NCBI GenBank assembly: GCA_950079155.1
Contig: CATMWH010000008.1
Coordinates: 20,779 to 84,778, forward strand
Origin: an uncultured Christensenella sp.
Lineage (GTDB): Bacteria > Bacillota > Clostridia > Christensenellales > UBA3700
DNA: 64,000 nt
Direction of reading: 5' to 3'
This document shows positions 8,694 through 17,263 of this stretch, piece by piece. Within the stretch, counting starts at the first letter, position 1. Each line of letters starts with the position of its first letter. A model generated the notes under the pieces. The model was given only the letters and a program-made list of their open reading frames with translations. It did not search any database and was not told the origin of the DNA. Made by a program: the position numbers and the translations under genes.

Positions 8694-11600
8694 AAAAATT
8701 AAAGTAGTTATTGGTATGGCGTTACTGTGTGTGGTGCTTTGTCTGGTGGGAGTTATTTCTCAGCAGTTCGGGCAACTGCAGATTGCCTTTGCTGAACAAA
8801 CAAAATCAATGAATATTACAACTACGCTGACAGGAATAAACTCGTCTTCATATTTTAAATTCAATGATCGTTATAATGCAAACGGTTACAATAACGTAGG
8901 AAACTATTTCAGCGGAAGTTTAGTTCAAAAAAATTCAGGAGTGTTTATAGATTATACTTTGACGATTACGTGCAGTGACACGAAGGCTATCTCAAGCGCC
9001 AACAATGGAGATTATTATTACAGTTCTGACTATAAAGTATCCGCAGATTCTAAGGATGAAAAAGCGTTGATCTTAGTCTTTGGCAGTAACAAAGAAAGCG
9101 ATTATCAAGGTTTATTGTCATATGCAAATAAATCTTCAACGGAGTTAAAGGGCACAGTTATTAAATCGGATAAGACTATTACAAGAGACGGCAAGTCGTC
9201 GGTCACATTAGAATTTAATACCGGATTTGACTATATATGGTATCAAATTGTATATCAGTGGACTCCAACGTTACAGCATAATAACTCATATCTCGTTGCA
9301 GGACAAAGTGAGATAATTGCTGCAGACAGAACTGCCCCGACTGGTACTCTTATAGGAGTGAATGATGGTGGTATAACAAACTCTGACGTAAGATTTACAT
9401 GGAGCGAAGAAAATTGCAGTGCTACTTTAAATGGCAATTCGTATTCTTCAAATAGCAACATAAGTGCCGAAGGACGTCATACGATAGAATTAACTGACGC
9501 TGTCGGGAATGCTAATAGATATTATTTTACTATAGATAAGACTAAGCCTACGCTGTCTTGCTCTGATGGTGTAGCATTGTCGTCTTATACAAATAAGTTG
9601 GCAACGGTATCGGCAAGCGACACGTACTTTTCCAAATTGTATTATAAACAACCTGATTGGACAGGATGGAGTTCTGTAACGTCGAAAAGTTTTAAAATCA
9701 GTGCAGTGAATGGTTTATGGCAGTTTTATGCAACTGACACTGCGGGCAACCAATCGGACATTTTTTCATTTACATACGATAACGTGGCGCCAGAAGTAGG
9801 TATGCGAAAAGCGGATGGAACGGCGTTCGCCGACGGAGCGTGGGTAAACCAGGGCGTATATTTTGACGTTAAAGACAGTGTTGGGATGAAGTCGACTAAA
9901 CTCTATGAGCAAATTGGCGGTAATTGGCAGGTCATCAACGGCGATTACATTAGCGGATCGATATATTTTGACAACAGAAATCCTGGCGTCTTATATGGAA
10001 GCCGCCAATCGGCGCTTAACGCTATAATCGACGTTGAGAACAATCGCTTGAAGTCAAAGTCGAATTGGGAAACGATAGCGAATGATAATAGGATAATTGC
10101 GCCGGGACAAATTGATTACGTAATGAACGGAGCCGACTATTGGGAGTATGCAACAAGTAACGGCGAAATTTATGTATTTTTTATTCAGTCAGATATAAAT
10201 GAGTTTATCAGATCACGAGCTACAAATTATTTAGGTAGTTCAGCGAGAGATATGTTTCAAAAGGAAGGATATTTTAAAATCGAAGGTGAGGATATTGCGG
10301 GAAATGTAACGAGCAAGACGTTTAGAATAAAGTTGACGGCGCCGACGTTGGAAATCGAGCCGTCGGGGTATGCGAACAAAATCCGTTATAAAGTAACGGA
10401 TGAAAGCGGTTTGACCACTTACGTTAAAGTCGACAACGGAGAATGGATCCGTCAGGACGGTAATGATTTGACGTTTGGACCAGAACATTCAGATGGCACG
10501 TATTATTTTAAGACTATTGATGCGGCAGGAAACACTGTGACGGCGTCAGTAGTATTAGATACGACTGCGCCGACATTGATGCTTAAGAAAAACGGCAATA
10601 TCGTGATATCCGATTTATATGTTAATGCACGCGACATAGTTGTATTTGCAATCGAGGATAAAAATAGTGCCGGCCGAGTAGAACTGGACGGCGTCGAGTA
10701 TTCATCGTTGCCAGCAGTATCAACGCTTTCCGATGGATTGCACGAAATTTTCGCTTTGGATAAAGCCGGGAACAAAAGTACAGCGTTTAGATTTATAGTA
10801 GACAACGTCGCGCCGACATTGAGTATAGAAGAGTTGGATGGTACTGCAATTTTGCAGGATGAAACAAGTCTTGGATATTACACGAACGAAGCAGTCAGAT
10901 TTGCATCGGAAGATCCGAACTTCGCTTTTCTTTGTGTTTACCTTAATGATTCGCTTATTTATAAAGAAAATGCTGTCAGTATTGATTTTCCTGCGATTGA
11001 GACAAATTTCGGTACATATAGAATTTATGCCGAAGATCTTGCTGGTAATCGTTCGGAAGAAAAGTTGTTGATCATGCAAGTAATTTCCGATTTTGGTAAC
11101 TTACAAAATGCATATAAGAGTTTTAAGATAAATGCTTGGTATGAAGTTACGTTGCCGGCATACATCTTTGGGACAAGCCCAACGGAGGCGGATATATCCG
11201 GAAGATATTCGTTTGAAAGATATGACGATGCTTATTCTTGGAGTTTAGCGATGGAAGAGCGCTATCGTGTTCAAAAGGTATCTAATGGTTGGATATATGT
11301 ATCGGCAACAAATGAAAGCGTATCGCAAGTATATACTGCGCGTGAAGATTTAAATAAAGTATTGATTAAATATGCAAGTCGATATGTAAGCGCAAGAAAA
11401 GTGGCATCATCGTCCGGAAACGACAACTATTATACGATCAAAGATGAGGACGGCCGCAATGATGAGTATGCATTTGTGCGACAGTCCTTGACGTTGCCTG
11501 GATATATGTTTGAGTATAAAGATTATGAATTGTTGCAGATTCGCAGTGCTTTTGCGTATAAGCGCACTGCAGCTGCATTAGCCCCTACATTCACGACGTT

Positions 11601-14049
11601 AACATATTTAGCGGATGATTTTGCATTGCAAGAAAATAAGACTATTAGGATTTATCCTGGAACGTCAATTAAAGAAGCCTTGGAAAGCAATAATATGTAT
11701 AAACAAGGTTATTATTTGGTAAACGAACAGGACTTATGCGGAAACTCTCAGAAGTATGTCGTTTACATTGATATTGAATCGCCGAAGATCCGCGCAGAGA
11801 TTGAGCAAGGTGACAGCACAAAGAAAGAAGTGATATTCGATAAAGATTTTGCGGAAGATAACGCCAATGTCTTTTATTACTTATCTTTTAGATTTGACGT
11901 GGTATTAGACAATGTTGATAAGTTTACTACTGTAAAAATTGAAGGAAGAGGCTTGACAAATGCAATATTCGTACAGGGCGATGAATTGCCGGTGTTAGAC
12001 GCGGCGCTTGGCGGCGGACAGTATACTATTACAGTTTATGATCGCTCTTGCAACGTATTCCAATTTAAAGTCAATATAGCAAATAAAGAGCCGACGATGG
12101 AATACAACAGTTTGAGACCCACAAATCGTCAGTTGACGTTATATTTTGCAACAAATGATAATCTCAATCAGATTGTCCGTCTTGAGATATACAAAATAAA
12201 CGGAGCGGGCGAGCGTATCTTGATAGAGCAAGACGATTTGGGCAAACAGATAGATTTTACGTCATTGGAGTATAACTTTACAACCGGTGGAAAGTTCTTT
12301 GCAGTGATTACGGACCGATATGGAAGAGTAATTGAGACTGAGCCGATATTCTACGAACGCGGTTTGCCGAACGGCAATCTTACTACTACGGCAGGCAGCA
12401 TAACAAACAAAGACGTGTATTTTACTTATGCTGTTGGCAATGGCGTAGTTGTATATACATACGACGAGACAGGAAAAGAAGTTATTTATACTGATTACCT
12501 TATTGAGTACGACAATCTGAATAAAGAGTATTCTTTGGGATTCTTAGCAGGCGAAGGCGTTGAACGACAGTTTATGATCCACCTTTACAACGAATCTGAC
12601 GATAATCTTTATATGGAATATAAATTTGGCATTGATACTGTGATTGCAGTTGTCAACGTTGTGGATTCCAACAATGTTGCCGTAGAGAAAGGCGGATATA
12701 CAAATCAATCATTCTCACTGAACTGGACGGAGGCAAATGTAAGAGTTAAATATACTATTGGATCAAGTGCGATCAGCGCTACCTATGCTCGAGGTGATGC
12801 GCTTAGTGGCAACGGTATGTATACGTTTACGGTAACAGACAGAGTTGGCAATACAGAGACATTTACGATATATCTTGACAATGTGGTAGATTATACGCTT
12901 GACGGCGGTAAGATCGTCAACGTAGGAGGAAGGTATTTGACGAATTCGCCAGTTGCGCTGACGATCAATGAGATGATCTCTGAATGGAAAGTCGCAGACG
13001 GCAAAGAGGTTATCAACGGTGTTCCAATAACCGAAGAGGGGATTTATTCCGTTACCGTGTCCGATAGATACGGTAATACAATAACTATTGTGATTGAGTT
13101 GGATATTACACCGCCAGAAATGGTGTTGAATGGCGTTATAGAAAGCGGAGCAACAAAGGACGAGGTAATTGTAACATTTGAAGATGGGGCTAAAGGATAT
13201 CTAATGAAAGGCAATACCGTTATTAGAGAAATTAAAAGCGGAGAGATATTTACTGATCACGGCAATTATGCTGTTCGCGCAGAGGATCTCGCTGGCAATA
13301 TTGTCAATATGAAATTTACTATTGACCGCAAAGTCGACTTTGCGTCTAATATTATCAACCGGCAGATAACGACAGAAAGCGTTGTTTTTGCGCTATCAGA
13401 AGAAGGAAGTATTGAGATTATAAAAGACGGACAAGCCGCCGACATCGCAAAAAATTATTCAGAGTCGGGAAGATATGTTCTTACTGCAACGGATGCTGTT
13501 GGCAACGCTCTTGTATTTACATTTACAATCTTGCCTAAGAACGCACAATCTTTGAATATAGAGTTAGATGCCAAGCAAATTGTATCCTTATCGAAGTTTA
13601 ACGGTGAGGACGTGAAACTTGATTATTCTGATGACACAAAGAAAAATATAGTTTTGGATAAGACTGGCAGATATACTTTGACTATTAGCGACATTGAGCA
13701 AAATCAAAGTTATACAGTTTATTTGAATATTGATAACGTCGCGCCGAACGTGGAGTTGATTTGGTCGAAGAACACTGTATCGTTCTCAAGATTGAACAAA
13801 GACGGAGTAACTGCTAAATTTACAAAAGATGGAGAAGAAATTGCTTGGTCGCAATCAAGCGTCGCGAAAGATCCAGGTCACTACGTACTTGAACTTTCGG
13901 ACGAGTTTGGCAATGTCAATGTCATTGAGTGGGATATTAAATATAAACTCAATGGGCTGTCCATTGCATTGATAGTCGTAGGTTGCATTGCCGTCATAGG
14001 TGTAGTTGTACTGATAATTGCTAAGCGTTTAAAGGTAAAAGTCAGTTAA
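8683..14049 (+). CDS. giant surface repeat protein (putative mating adhesin), N-terminal signal/TM and C-terminal TM anchor
   Basis: About 15 repeats end in a D-x-[AV]GN...(F/Y)x(F/I)xxD(N)xxP(T/E) motif, e.g. TDAVGNANRYYFTIDKTKPT and LDKAGNKSTAFRFIVDNVAPT, which looks Ig-like or HYR-like. The C-terminus LSIALIVVGCIAVIGVVVLIIAKRLK is a TM anchor, not LPXTG. Confidence 0.8.
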   Translation: MTNRKIKVVIGMALLCVVLCLVGVISQQFGQLQIAFAEQTKSMNITTTLTGINSSSYFKFNDRYNANGYNNVGNYFSGSLVQKNSGVFIDYTLTITCSDTKAISSANNGDYYYSSDYKVSADSKDEKALILVFGSNKESDYQGLLSYANKSSTELKGTVIKSDKTITRDGKSSVTLEFNTGFDYIWYQIVYQWTPTLQHNNSYLVAGQSEIIAADRTAPTGTLIGVNDGGITNSDVRFTWSEENCSATLNGNSYSSNSNISAEGRHTIELTDAVGNANRYYFTIDKTKPTLSCSDGVALSSYTNKLATVSASDTYFSKLYYKQPDWTGWSSVTSKSFKISAVNGLWQFYATDTAGNQSDIFSFTYDNVAPEVGMRKADGTAFADGAWVNQGVYFDVKDSVGMKSTKLYEQIGGNWQVINGDYISGSIYFDNRNPGVLYGSRQSALNAIIDVENNRLKSKSNWETIANDNRIIAPGQIDYVMNGADYWEYATSNGEIYVFFIQSDINEFIRSRATNYLGSSARDMFQKEGYFKIEGEDIAGNVTSKTFRIKLTAPTLEIEPSGYANKIRYKVTDESGLTTYVKVDNGEWIRQDGNDLTFGPEHSDGTYYFKTIDAAGNTVTASVVLDTTAPTLMLKKNGNIVISDLYVNARDIVVFAIEDKNSAGRVELDGVEYSSLPAVSTLSDGLHEIFALDKAGNKSTAFRFIVDNVAPTLSIEELDGTAILQDETSLGYYTNEAVRFASEDPNFAFLCVYLNDSLIYKENAVSIDFPAIETNFGTYRIYAEDLAGNRSEEKLLIMQVISDFGNLQNAYKSFKINAWYEVTLPAYIFGTSPTEADISGRYSFERYDDAYSWSLAMEERYRVQKVSNGWIYVSATNESVSQVYTAREDLNKVLIKYASRYVSARKVASSSGNDNYYTIKDEDGRNDEYAFVRQSLTLPGYMFEYKDYELLQIRSAFAYKRTAAALAPTFTTLTYLADDFALQENKTIRIYPGTSIKEALESNNMYKQGYYLVNEQDLCGNSQKYVVYIDIESPKIRAEIEQGDSTKKEVIFDKDFAEDNANVFYYLSFRFDVVLDNVDKFTTVKIEGRGLTNAIFVQGDELPVLDAALGGGQYTITVYDRSCNVFQFKVNIANKEPTMEYNSLRPTNRQLTLYFATNDNLNQIVRLEIYKINGAGERILIEQDDLGKQIDFTSLEYNFTTGGKFFAVITDRYGRVIETEPIFYERGLPNGNLTTTAGSITNKDVYFTYAVGNGVVVYTYDETGKEVIYTDYLIEYDNLNKEYSLGFLAGEGVERQFMIHLYNESDDNLYMEYKFGIDTVIAVVNVVDSNNVAVEKGGYTNQSFSLNWTEANVRVKYTIGSSAISATYARGDALSGNGMYTFTVTDRVGNTETFTIYLDNVVDYTLDGGKIVNVGGRYLTNSPVALTINEMISEWKVADGKEVINGVPITEEGIYSVTVSDRYGNTITIVIELDITPPEMVLNGVIESGATKDEVIVTFEDGAKGYLMKGNTVIREIKSGEIFTDHGNYAVRAEDLAGNIVNMKFTIDRKVDFASNIINRQITTESVVFALSEEGSIEIIKDGQAADIAKNYSESGRYVLTATDAVGNALVFTFTILPKNAQSLNIELDAKQIVSLSKFNGEDVKLDYSDDTKKNIVLDKTGRYTLTISDIEQNQSYTVYLNIDNVAPNVELIWSKNTVSFSRLNKDGVTAKFTKDGEEIAWSQSSVAKDPGHYVLELSDEFGNVNVIEWDIKYKLNGLSIALIVVGCIAVIGVVVLIIAKRLKVKVS

Positions 14050-14103
14050 ACAATAATGCGGGAAACCGCTGAATATAAAAAATAAAATTAGGAGGATATA
14101 CAT

Positions 14104-14448
14104 ATGAAAATGAAAGTTTTTTCAATGTTTTCAATGCTCGCTGCTGCGGGCGACACCGGAACGCTAGAGAATAATCTCACAGATTTCGGCTCACAACTAA
14201 ATAGCCTTATTGGAGTTATTTGGCCGTGGCTTCTTGGTCTTGGTTTAGTGTTTATAGGCTTATGGGGTGCCTTTATAGGAGTAAAGATAATCAAGGCAAA
14301 AAAAGCGGAAGAAAAACAAGAGGCCAAAGCGTATATAAAGCAACTTATTTTGGGTATCTTAGTTATTTTTATAATAGCGGCAGGACTGCCTTTGGTTGTT
14401 TCAGGCATTGCGGCTTGGGCAGGTACGCCTATAACCAAACTTGGATGA
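14104..14448 (+). CDS. VirB2/TrbC-like pilin-type small membrane protein
   Basis: 114 aa with a signal-like N-terminus and two hydrophobic helices flanking a K/E-rich loop (KIIKAKKAEEKQEAKAYIK). It sits between the adhesin and VirB6-like genes. I recall resemblance to pilin-like conjugal transfer proteins of Mollicutes/Firmicutes ICEs. Confidence 0.55.
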   Translation: MKMKVFSMFSMLAAAGDTGTLENNLTDFGSQLNSLIGVIWPWLLGLGLVFIGLWGAFIGVKIIKAKKAEEKQEAKAYIKQLILGILVIFIIAAGLPLVVSGIAAWAGTPITKLG

Positions 14449-14462
14449 GCATTCAGTAGTTA

Positions 14463-14693
14463 TTGGGCGTCCTTATAATAGGACGCTCAAGATACTGCGC
14501 TAAAGACGAAAGAAAGGGTAAGCGATTGGTTTTTGACATAACGTTTGTTAAAGAAGATGTTCTTGAGAGGTATCAAGCGCTACATCAAAGTACCAAACAT
14601 ATACTTGGCGAAATAAGATATGAGTACATTGATGAATATTTGGAAGTGTGTGCGATATTAGACGATATAGCACAGAAGTATTTGAGTAAGTAA
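14463..14693 (+). CDS. hypothetical protein (start uncertain; no ATG in frame)
   Basis: Only TTG starts are available (14463, or 14526 after AAGGG). The stop is embedded in the first GTAAAGAC motif pair. It may not be a real gene. Confidence 0.25.
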   Translation: MGVLIIGRSRYCAKDERKGKRLVFDITFVKEDVLERYQALHQSTKHILGEIRYEYIDEYLEVCAILDDIAQKYLSK

Positions 14694-14710
14694 AGACAAA
14701 TGGTAAAGAC
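14690..14710 (+). repeat. GTAAAGAC motif pair 1 (direct, 13-nt register)
   Basis: GTAAAGAC at 14690 and 14703. Confidence 0.9.
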
Positions 14711-14735
14711 AATTTTATTTTTTCTTGTGCTCACG

Positions 14736-14768
14736 ACAAAGAAAAAGCCGTCCCTAGGTAGGAACGGC
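14736..14768 (-). terminator. rho-independent terminator of lipoprotein gene 1
   Basis: GCCGTCCC/GGAACGGC stem (14747-14768) is followed on the minus strand by a T-run. Confidence 0.6.
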
Positions 14769-14786
14769 GAAAATCGAATAAGACAC

Positions 14787-15185
14787 TTAGTTCTTAGGGA
14801 TATAGTCAGGCCATTCGGAATCTGGAATACGTTTGTATCCTGATGACGTATAATCTGGGTTAGCAAATTTAAGATTGCCATCGACCAATATTCTTTTATC
14901 GGAGCCACTGCTTCCAGGGGAAAGGTCAATGAAAGTATAGATTTGGGTTTCTTTATCAAAAGTCCAAGAATGTTCGTCTCTACGTTTCAATTCAGATGTA
15001 TCTTTTGTAAAAACAAATCTAGTTGCTGTTCCGTTAGAATGAACTTCAAAAAATACATCAATATCAGATCTAACTTCAACATATTTACCTACAACAGGAT
15101 CGATAGGATCGGAGCAAGCGACGAAAGAGAAAACACAAGAAAGAATTAAGATAAGTAGCAAACAAACAACGCAAGTTTTTTTCAT
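14787..15185 (-). CDS. lipoprotein (paralog 1)
   Basis: Signal peptide with lipobox: MKKTCVVCLLLILILSCVFSFVAC|SDP. RBS AGGAGG lies upstream on the minus strand. Confidence 0.8.
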   Translation of the reverse strand: MKKTCVVCLLLILILSCVFSFVACSDPIDPVVGKYVEVRSDIDVFFEVHSNGTATRFVFTKDTSELKRRDEHSWTFDKETQIYTFIDLSPGSSGSDKRILVDGNLKFANPDYTSSGYKRIPDSEWPDYIPKN

Positions 15186-15256
15186 AAAACAAACCTCCTA
15201 AGATATAATTATTCTAACACGCTTGGGAGCAAAAATCAAGAGGAGAGAATTAAATG

Positions 15257-15277
15257 GTAAAGATGATTTGTAAAGAC
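15257..15277 (+). repeat. GTAAAGAC motif pair 2 (direct, 13-nt register)
   Basis: GTAAAGAT at 15257 and GTAAAGAC at 15270. Confidence 0.85.
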
Positions 15278-15353
15278 GCTTATACTTTTTCTTGTGCTCA
15301 CGACAAAGAAACAGCCGCCCCCGATTAGGGAACGGCGAAAGATTTGGTGATTA

Positions 15354-15740
15354 TTATTTGAGCCAGTCTTCATTTGATATCTTTATGTATTGATATTCTT
15401 TTTCGTCATTAGGATATTTTAAAGAATCTGCAGACAAAATAAATTCACTTAGTCTTGGTGATACATAATAAGGTGCGGTAAAAATGTAAGTATTTCTTTC
15501 TTTATTAAATTCCCAAGTGTAGTCTTCTCTATCATTTAGTGTGCCAGTATCTTTATAAACAGTATATCTAATTGCGGTGCCATCAGCAAATATTTCTAGA
15601 TAGGCATTATATGTATTAGAAAACTGATAACTTTTATATTTACCGACAATGGGATCGACAGGATCGGAGCAAGCGACGAAAGAGAAAACACAAGAAAGAA
15701 TTAAAATAAGTAGCAAACAAGTAGCAATAGTTTTTTTCAT
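15354..15740 (-). CDS. lipoprotein (paralog 2)
   Basis: MKKTIATCLLLILILSCVFSFVAC|SDP. The first ~35 aa are nearly identical to paralog 1, while the mature part is strongly diverged. Confidence 0.8.
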   Translation of the reverse strand: MKKTIATCLLLILILSCVFSFVACSDPVDPIVGKYKSYQFSNTYNAYLEIFADGTAIRYTVYKDTGTLNDREDYTWEFNKERNTYIFTAPYYVSPRLSEFILSADSLKYPNDEKEYQYIKISNEDWLK

Positions 15741-15809
15741 AAAACAAACCTCCTAAGATATAATTATTTTAACACGCTTGGGAGCAAAAATCAAGAGGAG
15801 AGAGGATAT

Positions 15810-17252
15810 ATGAAAATATTTTTTCTAAAAATTTTAATGTGGTTGCAAATTGGTTTATCTCGGCTTGTGGATATGGTGATGCAACTTTTTTCGGTATTCT
15901 CGGGTATCGAAACAATAAAAGTCGATGGTAAAGAAGAGTCGTTGTTGCTCTATTTTCTAGGTAACAAGACTGTAACGAGCGTTTTCTGGGCTATATTGGT
16001 CATTGGCGTATTTTGTTTGTTCATCTTTACTACTATTGCAATAATCAAGAATATGGTAGTGATCAAAAAGACAGTCGCGCAGATTGTTGGCAAGATGTTC
16101 ATTTCAATGTTATCTATGATAATTGTAGTCATCTGCCTATTTGGCTTTATATTCGGCGCAAACTGTGTGCTTGCGGAAGTCAACGTCGCCTTTAATCAAG
16201 GCTCCAATTTAACTATTGGACAACAACTTTTTGCGGCGTCTATTCCGGATGATGCTTGGTCAAAGAATACCGATTATGCGCACGAAGACGAAGACGGCGT
16301 AATGAGAGGAATGAAAGCAATTTTTGGTACAAATGAAGATGGTAGTATAAAAAACAGTTGGAACGGTGTGACACCAGATAAAGTTTTTGGAGTTAAAGAC
16401 ACATCGTGGATGTTTGAAGATGATTTGAAGAAATTTAAAGAAGGAAAATATGAAATTGTGCAAATTTATAAATACGATTTCTTTATCGGCTTACCGGCGG
16501 CAGTAATTATTACCATCACAATGTTTATGGCGATAATGGGACTTGTTACTAGACTATATGACCTTGTGTTTATCTTCCTGACGTCTCCACTTATAATGTC
16601 CACGTTACCGCTTGATGACGGCGCCAAATTTAAGTTATGGCGAGAGACGGCGATATCTAAGACGTTAGTCGCATACGGTTCGGTATTTGCTGTCAATATA
16701 TACGTTATCCTATTGCCGCATATAAGTAAGTTGAGCATACCGGGCAATGCTTTCTTAACAGCATTGATGCAAGTATTACTCATAATCTGCGGCGCGTTGA
16801 CCATATCCAATGGACAGGTATTCTTTGCCAGATTGCTTGGAACGGATGCGCAAGAGAGTAGACAGGCAGCGCACGGATTTAGGACGATGTTTGCCGGTAT
16901 TATGGGAACTAGCAGAGCCGTCAAAGGCGCGGCGCGTATGACTTTTGGACAATACAATGCTTATACCGGGAAAAGGGAACGCGGACTTATTCAAGGTGCA
17001 GGAAAACTAGGCGGAGCAGTGGGAACGATGCTTACTGGCGGATTCAAGGATAAGGATGGCAATGCGATTGGATTTGGTAAAGGCGTAAGCAACAAAATGG
17101 GCGCTATGAAAGATAAGTTAAGGACAAGTTGGCAAAATAACAAGGGCTTGGCCGGCACTAGTGTCAAAACCGCAAAAGCAGGCGGCAAAGCCTTAAAAGG
17201 GTTGCGTAACTTGCGAAATATAAAAAAACACGGATTTGATATGGATCTGTAA
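15810..17252 (+). CDS. polytopic membrane protein, VirB6/TrbL-like position
   Basis: Multiple hydrophobic helices and a Gly/Lys-rich C-terminal tail. It lies between the pilin-like and VirB4-like genes. The call rests on topology and synteny only. Confidence 0.6.
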   Translation: MKIFFLKILMWLQIGLSRLVDMVMQLFSVFSGIETIKVDGKEESLLLYFLGNKTVTSVFWAILVIGVFCLFIFTTIAIIKNMVVIKKTVAQIVGKMFISMLSMIIVVICLFGFIFGANCVLAEVNVAFNQGSNLTIGQQLFAASIPDDAWSKNTDYAHEDEDGVMRGMKAIFGTNEDGSIKNSWNGVTPDKVFGVKDTSWMFEDDLKKFKEGKYEIVQIYKYDFFIGLPAAVIITITMFMAIMGLVTRLYDLVFIFLTSPLIMSTLPLDDGAKFKLWRETAISKTLVAYGSVFAVNIYVILLPHISKLSIPGNAFLTALMQVLLIICGALTISNGQVFFARLLGTDAQESRQAAHGFRTMFAGIMGTSRAVKGAARMTFGQYNAYTGKRERGLIQGAGKLGGAVGTMLTGGFKDKDGNAIGFGKGVSNKMGAMKDKLRTSWQNNKGLAGTSVKTAKAGGKALKGLRNLRNIKKHGFDMDL

Positions 17253-17263
17253 AGGAGTGAGAT

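Larger units (their letters stand above)
14690..15803. repeat. tandem duplication (about 555-567 bp unit) of a lipoprotein cassette
   Basis: Each unit carries a GTAAAGAC pair, 8 nt, the 16-mer TTTTTCTTGTGCTCAC, a hairpin, a minus-strand lipoprotein gene, and a near-identical ~65-nt upstream region ending CAAGAGGAGAGA (ends at 15248 and 15803). Confidence 0.9.

Noticed and set aside
14088-14459. ORFs 14088-14438 (-) and 14220-14459 (+)
   Set aside because: Both overlap the pilin-like gene 14104-14448, which has an RBS, a signal-like N-terminus and the two-helix architecture expected at this position.
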